Notes: generated from the sequence alone by a model not told the origin. Positions 23,074 through 37,527 are shown, counted from the stretch's first letter. The stretch: DNA of 64,000 nucleotides from Octopus sinensis (GCF_006345805.1 NC_042997.1:126046001-126110000); one strand, 5' to 3'. A program made the numbers and translations.

Positions 23074-25406
23074 TTTGTACCCAAGTGTTACTTTGATGGC
23101 ATGTACTGCTCTCTCACTCAATAATAATAATAATAATATGATGATGATGATAATGATGTTCAATGACAAGTTTAGCTTCAGTTAATAAACTAATGCATAA
23201 AGTATACCTCATCATCATCATCATCATCATCATGATCACCACCACCAAGAGCAAAAATGAATACAATAATAATGAAAGCAGTGAAAGTGAAAACAATAAT
23301 TTAAGTGCATGTAGAAAGCACTGGTGCTGGTACCACATGAAGAGGATGTGGTACACTCTGTAAAGTGGTTGGCATTAAGAAGGGCATCCAGCGGTAGAAA
23401 CCATGCTAAAACAGACAAAGGAACCTGAGGCGGCTCCCGGCCTTGTCAGGTCCTGTCAAACTGTCCAACCCATGCTAGCAAGGAAAACAGGTGTTAAATG
23501 ATGATGATGATGACAATGACGACATTTCTTCAAAAGAATCTTCAAAAGTAAAAGAAAATAAAGCTGCTTGAATCAATGCAAATGTAGATAATTATGAAAA
23601 AAGCAAATCTATATAGATCATATGCAACCAATTTTTGTCTAACTTGGACAAGATTATATCGACATATCAAGCAATGTATGATACAGTAGTCATTTACTCT
23701 TTTACTTGTTTCAGTCATTTGACTGCGGCCATGCTGGAGCACCGCCTTTAGTCGAGCAAATCAACCCCAGGACTTATTCTTTGTAAGTCTAGTACTTATT
23801 CTATCAGTCTCTTTTGCCAAACTGCTAAGTTACATATACACACACATACATATATATACATATATACAATGGGCTTCTTTCAATTTCCATCTACCAAATC
23901 CACTCAAAAGGCTTTGGTCAGCCCGAGGCTATAGTAGAAGACACTTGCCCAAGGTGTCACACAGTGGGACTGAACCCAGAGCGATGTGGTTGGTAAGCAA
24001 GCTACATACCGCACAGCCACTCCTGTGCCTATTTGTTGATACTCTCAACTTATCCTTCCATATATTTAAGTGCTTCTCTTAATCATTCATATCATTGTAT
24101 AGGAGTTGATTCTATTTGTTAAAATGACTAATAACACTCAAATCATGGATGACAATTGAATTAATAACTCTTATTAAGCTTCACAATTTGATACAAATGT
24201 CTTTGTTTTCGTTTTCCTTTTGATATTCTAGAATTACTGATATATATACAAACTCAACAGTGAATAAACACTCTGTTGTACACGCATGACAGTTACTTCT
24301 GCCTACCAAATTCAATCACAAACTCTGTGTAAGCCCATTATTCTGATTTCGAATATAGTCAAAGTCAATTAAACCTCTAGTCTGTGATACTCTCAATTAC
24401 TTACTTTGTTGCAGAGGTCTAATACGACAGAAAGATGTCCAGAGTTATCTCTGTTACTTGCCAACAACTATTAAAACATTAGTCATTGATCAAATGACTT
24501 TTTCTCACTGTGTAGGTGTGGCTGTGTGGTTAAGAAACTTGCTTCCCAACCACGTGATCTTGGGTTTGGTCACATTACATGGTACTTTGGGCAAGTATCT
24601 TCTACTTACGGGGCTTGATCCAAGCCATATAAGTGGATAGAAAGTGAAAGGATCCTTGTCAGTAGATAGAAAGTGAAAGGAGTCCATTGTGAGTGTATAT
24701 GTGTTGTGTGTTTGTGTGTGTCCTTGTCTTGACATCATTTGATGGTTGTAAATGAGCCTCACTGTCGTACAAGTGGTGTTGTTCATTTGCAGTATTCTGT
24801 GAAAACCATGTCTGGCCATGGAGAAATATTACCTTGCTTAGAAACAAGTAAGGGCTGGTTACAGAAAGGCCATCTGGCCATAGAAAATCTGTCTTGGCAA
24901 ATTCTATTCTCTCTGACCCATGTAAGCACTGAAAAGTGGACATACATATGAATGTTTGTGTGTCTGTGTTTGTCCCCCTAACTTCGCTTGACAACTGATC
25001 CTGGTGTGTTTACGTCCCCGTAACTTAGCAGTTCGGCAAAAGACACTGATAGAATAAGTACTAGGCTTACAAAGACTAAGTCCTGGGGTCGATTTGCTCG
25101 ACTAAAGGCGGTGCTCCAGCATGGCCACAGTCAAATGACTGAAACAAGTAAAACAGTAAAAGAGTATAACATTCTGGTCTTCCACCCTCTTCTCCAATCC
25201 TGTGAAAAAGAATACTGTGATCATGTGCTCTATTCTTCCTTCTCTGACTAATCTATAAAATATATTTCAGATAAGCATTGATGGTGGGGTTTTTCCCTGG
25301 GATATGCAATAACATTGTTATGACTAGATAATCATCATCATCATCATCGTTATTGTCATTTAACGTCCGCTTTCCATGCTGGCATGGTTCATCGTCATTA
25401 TTTAAC

Positions 25407-26155
25407 ACTAGCTGACCCCGTGCCATCAAAAATGACAGCTAATTGTAGTATTTTATATATAAAAAGGGTACAAAAAAGGTGAAAATAAAATCAAACAGTG
25501 ATGCAATACCGTGAGAATATGTGTGTGTGTGGGTGGGGGGCGTGTGTGCATATGTATACATTTATATGTATGAGTAGCACAGTCTGCAGTGAACTTTGTC
25601 ACAACCTGCTTCCTTCCTTTTTAAGTGTGTCTGTTTATATACATATATATGTATGTATGTATAAAAGTACATGTGTCTGTAATTCTATTTTCTGTGTATC
25701 TTTCTAAATAAATATACACAAACACATATACATTCACACAAATATATAAATATATTTTACACAAACACACACATACACATACACATACACATTCCTCCCT
25801 TTTACAGGCACATAGAGTTGAAGCACTGTTTGATTTTTGTTTTACCGTTGACTTTTCACCATCCCACTTCCATCGGTGGATCACCCCCTCCTTTTTCATT
25901 TATATGTTGTGACAGAGAAATACACAAGAGTATTATTATAGTAGATTGTTATAGTAGAAAATACACGGCACTCTCTTTGCCACTTCCTCTCTCTCTCTCA
26001 TTGCTATTACTTTCTCTCACTCCCTCTCAGTCATAGCTATTACTCTCACTACTTCTCCTTCACTGAATTACTATTTTTTCTCCTTTCCCTTCACCCCTGC
26101 TGCGTGATTTTGGACAAATATATAAAAACACTGCGCTCATTATTATATTATGAAA
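25407..26155 (-). mobile_element. Probable non-autonomous Helitron
   Basis: On the minus strand it starts TCATAATATAATAATGAG and ends GGCACGGGGTCAGCTAGT. Internal microsatellites. Confidence 0.5.
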
Positions 26156-29100
26156 TTCATTTAATATCCAAGTTGGTTTAAAAACTGATTTAATATCCAT
26201 TTGATATCTAGGTAGGTTTCAAAACTGATATATTTCCTGTTTGTTTTTTTTTCTTTTTAAATCAACTTTAGTATATTATTAGCCTGTGTGTAAGAAAAAT
26301 CAGGGTATAGTAATCACTCATCTTTGTCTGTTTGTCTGTGTGTTTGCAAAATTACTAGAGAATGACTGAATGGATTTTCACCAAATTTGGCAGAAATACT
26401 CATTGGGCATGTGGCACAAAATAATGAAAATTTGGTTTGATTATCTTCAAGCATACATGAATATATACATAGATACCTATAATGGTGATATTTAAATCTT
26501 CAAGCATACATGAATATATACATAGATACCTATAATGGTGATATTTAAATTTTTTTTAAAAATCTAGCTTACAAACTTTTTAGTGAGCAAGTGATCATTA
26601 TTTATATCCTACAATGAACTACAGTACATTTGATTCACCTGCCAAAATTGAAAGATGTTCAAAGCACTTCTCAAATTCTATGCAATATTTTCTGTAAGTA
26701 TTTCATTTTGTTCACTTGCTTTTTCATATGAATCAACCCTCATTTGCATGTGTATAGATCATGGTATACTTATGCACGTAGACATATGTGGATACATACA
26801 TACATAGCTATGTGACTCTGTGTGTGTGTGCATGTGTCCAGTGATGGATTCAAGGGTTTTGTTTATTTACGAGTTGATTTCCTAATTTCACTGGAGTATG
26901 AATACCTGTAATGGTGATTCTTAAAAAAAAAATGCTTTTTAGATCGAACTTAAAAATTTCCCGATAAGCAAATTTAGACAAACAATTACAAAGCTTAATT
27001 CATTTCAATTAAAAATCATGGGTAAGCAACGTTATGATTTGCGGAAAAATTTATCTAGCTGCAGGGTATGCATCATCCCTCTGATGCCATGTTTTCTCAT
27101 TTATCATTTTCTTTCTTTTCTTTGTTTCAGTTATTGGACTGTGCCCATGCTGGGGCACCAACTTGAAGGGTTTTAGTTGAAGAAATTGATTTCACTTCTT
27201 ATTTGTTAAGTCGGGCATTTAATGTCAGTCTCTATTACTGAACTGCTAGGTTATAGGAAGCATAAAAAAAAACAATGCTAGGAGTCACGTAATGGTGGTG
27301 TGGGACAGACACAGAGACACACATATATATATATATAAATTAATAAATAAAACATATGCATATATACATACATATATGTACGTACCTACCTCTACATGTA
27401 TATATACACGCATATATGGGTACAGGATGCCAAAAAAACGTTGAACACAATGAGAAACGAAAACATAAACACAAAACCAAGGAACTGGACATTTTTCTTA
27501 AACAACAAAAAAATAGAGTACAGGACAAATAACACAAGGAAAATTCCCCTTCTTCAGTCGCCATGGTTTCATCTACTCTGTGTTTCAAAGGTGAAGGCGA
27601 TACGCATCTTTGATAGAAACTTTCCTTCCTGTGAAAAGCAAATTAGATAAAATTTGAGATCTTTTTGCAGAGGGGTAAAAATGGTAACAAAAACAGGACA
27701 GTAATGACAGTACAAAATATAAACAGTAAAAGACAGGACAAGGAGAATAAAAAGACAAGAAGCTGAACAAGAAAAAGTATTACGAACGCTATTTTTGAGA
27801 ACGGCAAAGGAGCAACAGAAAATGCCGTCCACACTTCAAGGAAGTCAAGCCAGAAAGACAGTAGCAGAGCTCTCATCGCAGATCAATGACGGGAGGGAGG
27901 AGGAGGAGCAAGAGACATACATATATATACATGCAGCATATACACATATGCCCACACATATATATACACAAATGGCTTCCACAGTTTCCATCTTCAAAAT
28001 TCACTCACAAAGCATTGGTCAGCCTGGGGTCATGCAGTGGAATTGAACCCCTAACCACACAGTTGTAAAGTGAGTTTTGTAACCAGAAAGCTATGCCTGC
28101 ACCCAATGTGAAAATTATATCTGTTTTGCATGCTTCTATGTGTCAAGTTGTAGGTTGAAGTTATCATTGGACTTTGTTGGTGTTGGTGGTGGTGGTGGTG
28201 ATGGTTGTGGAAATTATTCTGCTAATAAAAGCACACATTTTGGTTGTGGTTCTCTTTTTTGTTATTGCTTACTTACTTAATTAGTTAATTAATCAGTTAA
28301 TTGGTTGGTCTTTTGTTGCACTTCTGTGATATTTCACCTGACTTCTTTTTACACATTAATGCCACAGCAACTCCATGCTAACAACACACACATGCACACA
28401 CACACACATGCACACACACACACAAATATATATACATTATTTGCAAGTATTTGGTGACCCTGTCAGTGCTGATACCACATAAAAGCACCCAGTCCACATT
28501 GGGTGGCATCTGGAAGGGTATCCAGCCATAAAAACCTTGCCAAAACTGACCTTGCCTGTGCTCGTGTCAGGTAAAAAGTACTAAGTCCACTCTGCTGAGT
28601 GGTTGGTGTTAGGAAGGGCATACAGCTGGAAAAAATCCTGCCAAAAGAGTTAGAGAAGCCTGGCTGGCTCTTGTCAAACCGTCCCAACCATGCCAGCATG
28701 GAAGGTGGAAGGTGGATGTTAAACAATGATGATGATAATGATGATGATGATGATGATATATATATATAAGCGTAGGAGTGGCTGTGTGGTAAGTAGCTTG
28801 CTTACCAACCACATGGTTTTCTGGGTTCAGTCTCACTGCATGGTACCTTGGGCAAGTGTCTTCTACTATAGCCTTGGGCCGACCAAAGCCTTGTGAGTGG
28901 ATTTAGTAGAGAGAAACTGAAAGAAGCCCGTCGTATATATGTATATATATGTATATATATATATCATCATCACCATCATTACCATTTAGCCTGTGTTTTC
29001 TATGCTAACATGGGTAAGATGGATCTGGAAAGCTGCACCAGGTTCCAGTCTGTTTTGTCTAGGTTTTCTATGGCTGGATGTCCTTCCTAACACTAACCAT

Positions 29101-29463
29101 TCCATAAAGTGTCTTTTATGTGTCACTGGCACGAGCCCCTTTCATATGTCACCACCTCTGACCACAACTACAATTTCGTTTGAAGTGTCTTCTCAAACAC
29201 TGCAGATTGCCAAAAGTCTTGATCACTTGTCATCAACACCATGAGACTCAACATTTGAAGATCATGCTTCATCACTTCATCCTATGTCTTCCTGGGTCTA
29301 CAGGTTCCCTCCACATTTAGAGATTGGTACTTATTTATGCAGCTGTCTACAAATGTATACATTTGTGTGTGTGTGTGTATGTTTGTGTATATGTGCGTAT
29401 ATATGTCTGTGTACGTGTGTGTTTGTGTATATGTGTATATGTATGATGTGCTTGTGGCTAGAT

Positions 29464-30318
29464 CCCCTCAGAGTCACCAGCTTCCACAGTAATGGCTCAA
29501 GAGTAAATACGTATAGAAGCAACGAGAGGGGGCATCCCTGATGGACTGAATGTGCAATGTCGAAAGGTCTCGATAGATGTCCATTTATGCGAATTACCGA
29601 ACGGACACCTCTGTACAAAGCAGCTATCCATCTGTGGAAGATGGGACCGAAACCAGCCACTCTGAGGACAACCTCCAAGTATCGATGGTCTACCCTATCG
29701 AAAGCTTTCGATTGATCCAAATTGATCAGGGCCCTACCCATGCCAGGTTCCTTAACTACCCTGTCTATGATGTAGCGCATCAGATGGAGGTTGTCATGGA
29801 TGCTCTGGCCCGGCACGGCGCACGTTTGCGCCTTGTCAACCAGTTTCTCGATGACAAGCGGCAACCACTTGGCTAACACCTTGGCCAAAATGTTCAAGTC
29901 TGCATTGAGCAGAGTGATGGGCCTAAAGTTATCTATTACGTCCCTCTTATTTGGGTCTTTCTTCAGCAGTGTTACGGTTCCTCAGCTCCCGTTTTGCTGC
30001 CAGTTGCAGTACACTGCTGCCAAGACATCTCCAAACAAGTCTGACATACAGCTGTAAAGCTCGTAGGGTAGACCATTAAAACCCAGCGATTTGTCCCTCA
30101 AGCATTCTGCCATCACGTCCCACACTTCCACCGCCATGATGGCACCTTCGCAGCACCCTGCCTCTCTTGTCGAGAGTCATGACAGGCTGTGTAGGTAGGC
30201 ACTGAAGGCCACCCTACGTTCTTGCCTGTCACTTGTCCTGAACAGTTGGGCAAAATGCTGTTGAAAGGCCTCACACATTTTACTTGGCTCGAGTAATTCG
30301 TGCCCCTGTTCATCTACT
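29464..30318 (-). mobile_element. Tx1/L1-clade LINE reverse transcriptase fragment
   Basis: Contains DGLPYELY, NFRPITLLNADLNILAKVLA, INLDQSKAFDRVDH and SVHQGCPLSLLLY. Truncated on both sides. Confidence 0.9.
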
Positions 30319-30866
30319 AGGGACTGAATGGTAGCTTTGTTGCCCTGTTGCGCCCATATCGAGCATAAACATAGTTTTTATATGCCCAAATCGGGTGTAA
30401 ACATTTTTCAATTAGTTCTGGTGGTGCTTGCTCTGATCTGCACGTTTTTGCACTTAAAATTTTGTATGCTATTGTTCTCTTTTGAGTGGTGTCTATAGAT
30501 AGATTGACTGATTGATAGATATTTTTTCATATAAAGATATGCAAAAGAATGTGTTTGTAAAGCTAAACAAGGCATAAATAGAGAAAATATGAATGTGCGG
30601 CCTGGCTGTTTGACTGTGTGACTGTCTGACTGGCCGACTCTCTCACTGACAATATGAATGGATTAGAAATAGAGAGGTGAATAAAACAATCCATGTCACC
30701 TGATAGAATGGTAAAGCAACATAACAAATAAAGGCATATATTAATGCATGCACATGGGCATGTATGCATATGACATGTGTGTGTGTGTGTGTATGATGAA
30801 ATCCAGAGCTAAAATGAAAATAACAAAAACAAAATATAAAAAAACCTATGCAGCATATATATATAT

Positions 30867-31417
30867 TGTTACGTACCACCTGCCATCGCTCAAACTTCTT
30901 CGGAACCCGGGACCCTCCCAAGTTGAGTGATGACGATTGCACCGGCCCAGTCGAACGGAGAATTCGCCACACAGAAAGGACCCGGTGGGGGATGGCAGCG
31001 AACTCGGCAACCGGCGACCGGAGAGAACAACAACAACTGCAGGAAGAGACACGGCAGAAGGCAATTGGCTTAAATTTAACAACAGTTTATGACAATCATT
31101 GCAATATCAGATACAATGTAAAATACATCAGATACATCAAAGAAAATACAAGCAACAGAATCAACAGCATGCATATACAATACAGTCCGGAGACAACAGT
31201 TCAAATCAGTTCAATCAAATAATGTTCACAATACAGTTCAATGTTCAAATCACATTAAAGTCTTTCTCTTTCTTTTTCTTTTCAACACAGTTCTTTCTTT
31301 TTTTCCTCTTTCCTTCTCTCTCTTTTTTCACATCAATTCTCTTTTCTTTAACAACTCTTTTTAACACAATTCACATCAAAACATAAACAACACATACCGT
31401 TACATTTTCTAGTTACA
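30867..31417 (-). mobile_element. LTR-like remnant with an adjacent degenerate internal fragment (31418-31810)
   Basis: TG...CA termini (TGTAAC / GTAACA on the minus strand), and an adjacent ORF remnant whose stop overlaps the start. No PBS or clear PPT seen. Confidence 0.4.
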
Positions 31418-32274
31418 ACAGCTTCAGAAACTCCCACCACGAATAGCCAATGCCTTCATGCCGTAATCCTTCTCTCAGTTCCTCAATCCTATCTGCCTGT
31501 CTTCCTCTACGCTGTCTGTCCCTCTCAACGATGTAGCTGCCTTCGCCATCGCCACCTTCCTGGCTGACCGTCCGTATCACTCCCGTCTCTGGCCAAAACT
31601 GACGACCAACTGCTTGCAATCCCAACTGCCGACTGACTCCAAAAACTCCAGCGCGTCACGTTTTTAAAGGGGTGGTTCCTCGACCCTTCTTTGACCGGAA
31701 CAAGGCCAAAGGTCTCCTCCGAATACATAAACCTCCCCAGAAACTGACAGAACAAAAGATTTACCCGTCTGCTTGATGCCAGATCACAAAAGTAGGTCGC
31801 AGCACTCATATTTTCTGAACTGAACTGACCCCCATATCAATATATATATATATATATATATATACACTCTATAATCACCAATCTTGCTGGTGTATTCACA
31901 CAAAGACCTTTATAACTATGCATGAAACATTGTGTCAATCATAACAATGCAAACACACACACACACACACACACTCAGTATGTATCTATGTACTCAACAA
32001 CATATAAATAACACAAAAAGATACAAAAGCAAACATTTGCAGTTGCAGGAGTTGTGTTGAGTTTGAGCAGAGTTTGTATGAGTGAGTTAAGTCAAGGAAA
32101 AGGTCAAGTAATGAGACAGAAAACTTTGGACAAACTAACCAATAAAACATCATCATCATCATCATCGTTGTCATTGTTGTCGTCGTTGTCATCATCATCG
32201 CCACCACCACCACCATCACCATTATCATCATCACCATCATCATCATCATCATCATCATTGTTATTATCATTTAA

Positions 32275-32493
32275 CCCTTTAGCATTTCAACAAGCAATAT
32301 AGGGGCCCAAGCATTTAACCTGTTTCATGTTGAAACCGAGTGAATCAGGCCTCTCTCACCACATCCCTACGAAGTGATTCTAAAACAATCACACATCATT
32401 AAAATCTCTAAACTACAAGATAATGCATGATTAATTCGAACAATATAACTAAACGAACATTACATTTGACAGAGTAATCTGAACACTAAAGGG
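32275..32493. mobile_element. piggyBac-type MITE, second family (219 bp)
   Basis: TTAA TSD with CCCTTTAG / CTAAAGGG ends. Partial inverted copy near 7310-7480. Confidence 0.8.
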
Positions 32494-33527
32494 TTAACAT
32501 TTGTTTTCCATGCTGGCATGGGTTAGACAGTTTGACAGGAGCTGGCAAGCTGGAGAGGTGCAGTAGCCTCCACTTGTCTGCATTGGCAAGACTTCTACAG
32601 CTGGATGCCCTTCCTGACACCAAACACTTTACAGAGTCTACTGGGTGCAAGGTGGCGAGCTGGCAGAAATGCTAGCATGCCAGGTAAAATGCATAGCCAT
32701 ATTTCGTCTGCCGTTACGTTCTGAGTTCAAATTCTGCCGAGGTCGACTTTGCCTTTCATCATTTCAGGGTTGATAAATTAAGTACCAGTTACGCACTGGG
32801 GTCAATGTAATCGACTTAATCCGTTTGTCTGTCCTTGTTTGTCCCCTCTATGTTTAGCCCCTTGTGGTCAATGACCACAACCTCATAAGTCTGGAAGGGT
32901 TTGGAAAGGTCATTGCTGTTATCCTGCACACCAAAACAAAACAGTAATATTTATTATTTTACTTCACTGAATATAATGTATAATAACAAACGTTATTAAA
33001 ATAGAATGTCATTGAAAGCAGATGAACAACCACTTGTAGAAATAATTAATTTGTTTTATTCAAAACAATGTAGGGTAGGATATTATGACTGTTGATCTGG
33101 TGATGTTTTAGTTTTCTAATTCTGTCCATTGTCTCCAATGAGTGAATGACAAATGTGCACAATATTTCTTTCATATGAACTCATATCATGAATTTTCTAC
33201 AAAATGTCAAAGGTAAACTGGTTGAACATGTATATTTAAGAGTATAGCACTAATTGATTATGAGAAATAAAGAAAATATTTGAATGAGATTTTCTATAAA
33301 TGGTCTGTAAGTTCACTAAATATTTATTATAGTGAAATGCAATCAGAAATATATCAATTCAAGAGAATATATATTCAGTATATTTTAGATAAATAGATTA
33401 AAAAGATGTAGGGTTAGTTATTGTCAATATTCATGTCATCACCTGGGAGGATCAAAAAATATTTCAGCTCTGACCTATTTTAGAGTACTGGTCATATATC
33501 TGGAACAGTGTTGTTACTACATATAAT

Positions 33528-33822
33528 AATAATAATGAAATTATTGTATACAGTGGTCAGGTGCACCACAACTTGTCAAAAGTGTGTATAAAGCATATGC
33601 AATAATGTACAAATGCCTGGAAAGTGAACAGTATATGAGTTAGATACATGCTTGCATGTGTATGGAGGGGAGAAAATCAGGTGTAGTGTTGGTGAATCTC
33701 AGGAAGCATGGAAGTTTTGAAGGATGCAGTGCTCCGACAACTAACAACTGATGCCGGCAGTTTGTTCCATGCTTCAGCAACTCTTAGCATGAAAAAATGT
33801 TTCCGAAAGTCATGGGAGCTGT
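33528..33822 (-). mobile_element. CR1-clade LINE 3' end (near-identical copy at about 61870-62128)
   Basis: The minus strand encodes RKHFFMLRVAEAWNKLPASVVSCRSTASFKTSM, a CR1 C-terminal pattern, followed by a UTR and an (ATT)n tail. Confidence 0.8.
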
Positions 33823-34361
33823 GCAAATACCTTAGAGCACTTTTAAAAGAAGGCTGGGTGTATTATTGATACAGACTCACTCACCAGCACATCATAACCA
33901 CTGGCTTGCAAAATGTGCTGTTTCCTCTCTCCAACCACTTTTATTACTACTGCTTCAACAGCATCTGCTCTTTTGAATTAGTAAATTATATAACTTTTCC
34001 AATTCCTCCTATCAGATGTGATTGCCTTTCCTCTACTTGACATCCTTGCTGTACTCCTTGCACCTTAGATGTTGTAGTAAATATTGGGTTGTCAGATCAA
34101 TTTGTTTGTTTATATTTTTCCATTTGAATTAATACTCTCTTTTACTCTTTTACTTGTTTCAGTCATTTGACTGCAGCCATGCTGGAGCACCACCTTTAGT
34201 TGAGGAAATTGACCCCAGGACTTATTCTTTGTTAGCCTAGTACTTATTCTATCAGTCTCTTTTGCCAAACTGCTAAGTTACGGGGATGTAAACACACCAG
34301 CATCAGTTGTCAAGTGATGTTGGTGGGGGACAAACACACACACACACATATATATATATAC

Positions 34362-34398
<37 letters not shown>

Positions 34399-34537
34399 AC
34401 AATGTTCCTGAGAACTGAATTCCCAGAATGGATTCAGTTCTCACTTGGAACACTCTACCTACATTACAAGATAAAGGTATAGTTATGTGGTTAAGAACTT
34501 CGCTATGCAAGCTCAAGTTTCTGAATTTGATCCCACT

Positions 34538-35228
34538 GGGATGAGGTGGTGAAGCATGACCTTCAAACATTTGGCCTCACCGAGGCAATGACGAGTGACC
34601 GGGACCTCTGGAAATATGCTGTGCTTGAGAAGACTCAGCAAGCGCAAGTGAGACCATAACTTTGTAGCCTATGCCAGGGGTGTAACCAGTCCACTTTTGC
34701 ATGCCTTTCCTTCATTGGACACTTAACTCTGAGTGCGAAGACCTGTTGAGGCAAGTGAAATCGAAATCAAATTTGATGACTGGCATCTGTTGCTAGTGGA
34801 GCGCTAAGAGTACCGTATGAGTGAGATTGTTGCCAGAGCAACAAGCAATGACACGTTAAAAACACCATTCGAGCGTGATTGTTACCTGCATTGCCTTACT
34901 AGTATTTGTGCTGGTGGCACATGAAAAAACATTCGAGGAGGTCGTTGCTAGTGCCGCTGGACTGGCTCCTGTGTAGGTGGCACATAAAAAGCACCATTTG
35001 AGCGTGGCCATTGCCAGTACTGCCTGACTGGCCCTTGTGCTGGTGGCAGGTAAAAGCACCCACTACACTCTCGGAGTGGTTGGCATTAGGAAGAGCATCC
35101 AGTCGTAGAAACTCTGCCAGATCAGATTGGAGTCTGGTGCAGCCATCTGGTTCGCCAGAGCTCAGTCAAATCGTCCAACCCATGCTAGCATGGAAAGCGG
35201 ATGTTAAACGATGATGATGATGATGATG
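34538..35228 (+). mobile_element. 5'-truncated RTE LINE: ORF terminus plus long 3' UTR (source of repeat family C)
   Basis: WDEVVKHDLQTFGLTEAMTSDRDLWKYAVLEKTQQAQVRP* is followed by the family C body (AGGAAGGGCATCCAG..., GGATGTTAAACG) and a (GAT)n tail. Shorter copies near 5140-5515(-), 11945-12335(-), 41077-41290, 43070-43265, 44570-44912, 46900-47235(-), 48195-48588, 59095-59305(-) and 63401-63823. Confidence 0.85.
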
Positions 35229-35940
35229 TATCTCACCTCTGGGCATGTGGGTTTTTTAAAATGGGTCTAAAGCTTGCAAGGGAAATTAAAGAGAAAGACT
35301 AGAAAGGACAAGTTTTTAACAAATGTTGTATTAATTTAATGTGTAAAAAGAAAGTAATGAACTTTGACATTTCAGATACTTGTTCTTCTTCATCATCATC
35401 ATCATCATCTAATACACACACACATATGGTTGAGGATGAATGCATGTACAGTGGCATTATTGTATCTGATTTAAGAGCAATACTGAATGGAGCATTGTTA
35501 AAAGATGGAGCATTTTCTGGCCTTCAAGGGAAGGGTCAGTCAGAAAAATCAAGGCAAGATATATGTATAGGTGCAGGAGTGGCTGTGTGATAGGTAGCTC
35601 GCTTACCAACCACATGGTTCTGGGTTCAGTCCCACTGCATGGCACCTTGGGCAAGTGTCTTCTACTATAGCCTCGGGCCAACCAAAGCATTGTGAGTGGA
35701 TTTGGTAGACGGAAACTGAAAGAAGCTCATCGTATACATGTATATGTATATATATATATATATATATAGGTTATAAAATGAGATAGGGGTCGAAAATTCA
35801 ACCCACCATGGGATAATATATATCCAATATACTGCCAGATAGGTACCCAACAAGACTAATACATAGATGTTAAAAATTGTCAAACAATCAGTTCATCTAT
35901 TGTATTATATGGGTAAAGGTAATAATATTACCGTAAATTA

Positions 35941-37523
35941 ATACTACAAAATTAGAGAATGGAGAAACATACTTAAATCAATAAAACATCAACTATCCGA
36001 TGATACCCAAACAATACTTTAATACACCATTACATATGAGTAAAGGCATTATATAAAATATACAGTAATAGTAAAAAGACAAAGAGATATAAGTAAAAAA
36101 TTTCAAATATAATATGTAATTAAATCAAAACTGACAGCTGTTTCGGCAGTGAGGGCAGTCATACCTCATTTAACCTATAAGCCATAAAGGCAGGTATAAA
36201 TGAGGCATTAACAAGGATGCCCCACGGCCTCTTCAGAGAATTAAATTAAATTTGTTATAATTGTGAAAAATATTCTATAACCATATACATATAAATATAA
36301 AAATATAAAAACTTATACATCATAATGCTACACTTATATAATATAATACTCATTGGTACAATAAAGGAAGGTAAACAGAACAAAATAAAACAAAATATAT
36401 ATCAGTGTATATATTAATATTAATAAGCACCGATATTATACATATTTGGCTAATAGTTTTTTAAAAAAAACTAACACATAGGGAGATGAAAAATAATAAT
36501 TAAAACCATGGTTCAGTTCATAAAATTCTAAAGCTATAAAAGTTAATAAAAATTACTATTAATATTAATAATAATAATAATAGATACAGTTATGTTTGCA
36601 CCAAGTCCATCCTTTCAAGATCGAAATAACTATGAGTTTAGAAATGCTGACCACTAGGTAATGATAATTTAGATTAATTCGATTGGCTATTGGTTTGAAA
36701 TTTAAATCACAAAAGAAAATTATACGGTTGGTTAGTCAAGGAACGCCAATATTCACACGCGCATCTACAGATCAATCGCACATACACACATAGTTATATG
36801 TATACACATACACTTATACACATACATAATCACAAGCAACAACTAGCACATGTGCAAACATAACTGTATCTATTATTATTATTATTAATATTAATAGTAA
36901 TTTTTATTAACTTTTATAGCTTTAGAATTTTATGAACTGAACCATGGTTTTAATTATTATTTTTCATCTCCCTATGTGTTAGTTTTTTAAAAAAAACTAT
37001 TAGCCAAATATGTATAATATCGGTGCTTATTAATATTAATATATACACTGATATATATTTTGTTTTATTTTGTTCTGTTTACCTTCCTTTATTGTACCAA
37101 TGAGTATTATATTATATAAGTGTAGCATTATGATGTATAAGTTTTTATATTTTACATTTTTATATTTTTATATTTATATGTATATGGTTATAGAATATTT
37201 TTCACAATTATAACAAATTTAATTTATTTCTCTGAAGAGGCCGTGGGGCATCCTTGTTAATGCCTCATTTATACCTGCCTTTATGGCTTATAGGTTAAAT
37301 GAGGTATGATTGCCCTCACTGCCGAAACAGCTGTCAGTTTTGATTTAATTACATATTATATTTGAAATTTTTTACTTATATCTCTTTGTCTTTTTACTAT
37401 TACTGTATATTTTATATAATGCCTTTACTCATATGTAATGGTGTATTAAAGTATTGTTTGGGTATCATCGGATAGTTGATGTTTTATTGATTTAAGTATG
37501 TTTCTCCATTCTCTAATTTTGTA

Positions 37524-37527
<4 letters not shown>
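35941..37527. repeat. Long inverted repeat: arms 35941-36601 and 36852-37527, 250-bp spacer; Penelope-like LTR derived
   Basis: The arms are reverse complements apart from a 15-nt indel and a few substitutions. Each arm carries a CTGAAGA...CGAAAC motif. Confidence 0.92.
37226..37340 (+). ncRNA. Hammerhead-ribozyme-like motif (type I, Penelope-type); mirror copy on the minus strand at about 36128-36242
   Basis: CTGAAGA at 37232-37238, extended stem II starting GGC/GCC, GAAA at 37324-37327, palindromic stem III CAGCTG, GTC triplet at 37333-37335. Contiguous stem I is only 2 bp. Confidence 0.6.

Noticed and set aside
27340-27900. CTGAAGA on the minus strand near 27552 as a third hammerhead
   Set aside because: No GAAA follows the putative stem II. 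It appears to be a different PLE-associated repeat without a complete core.
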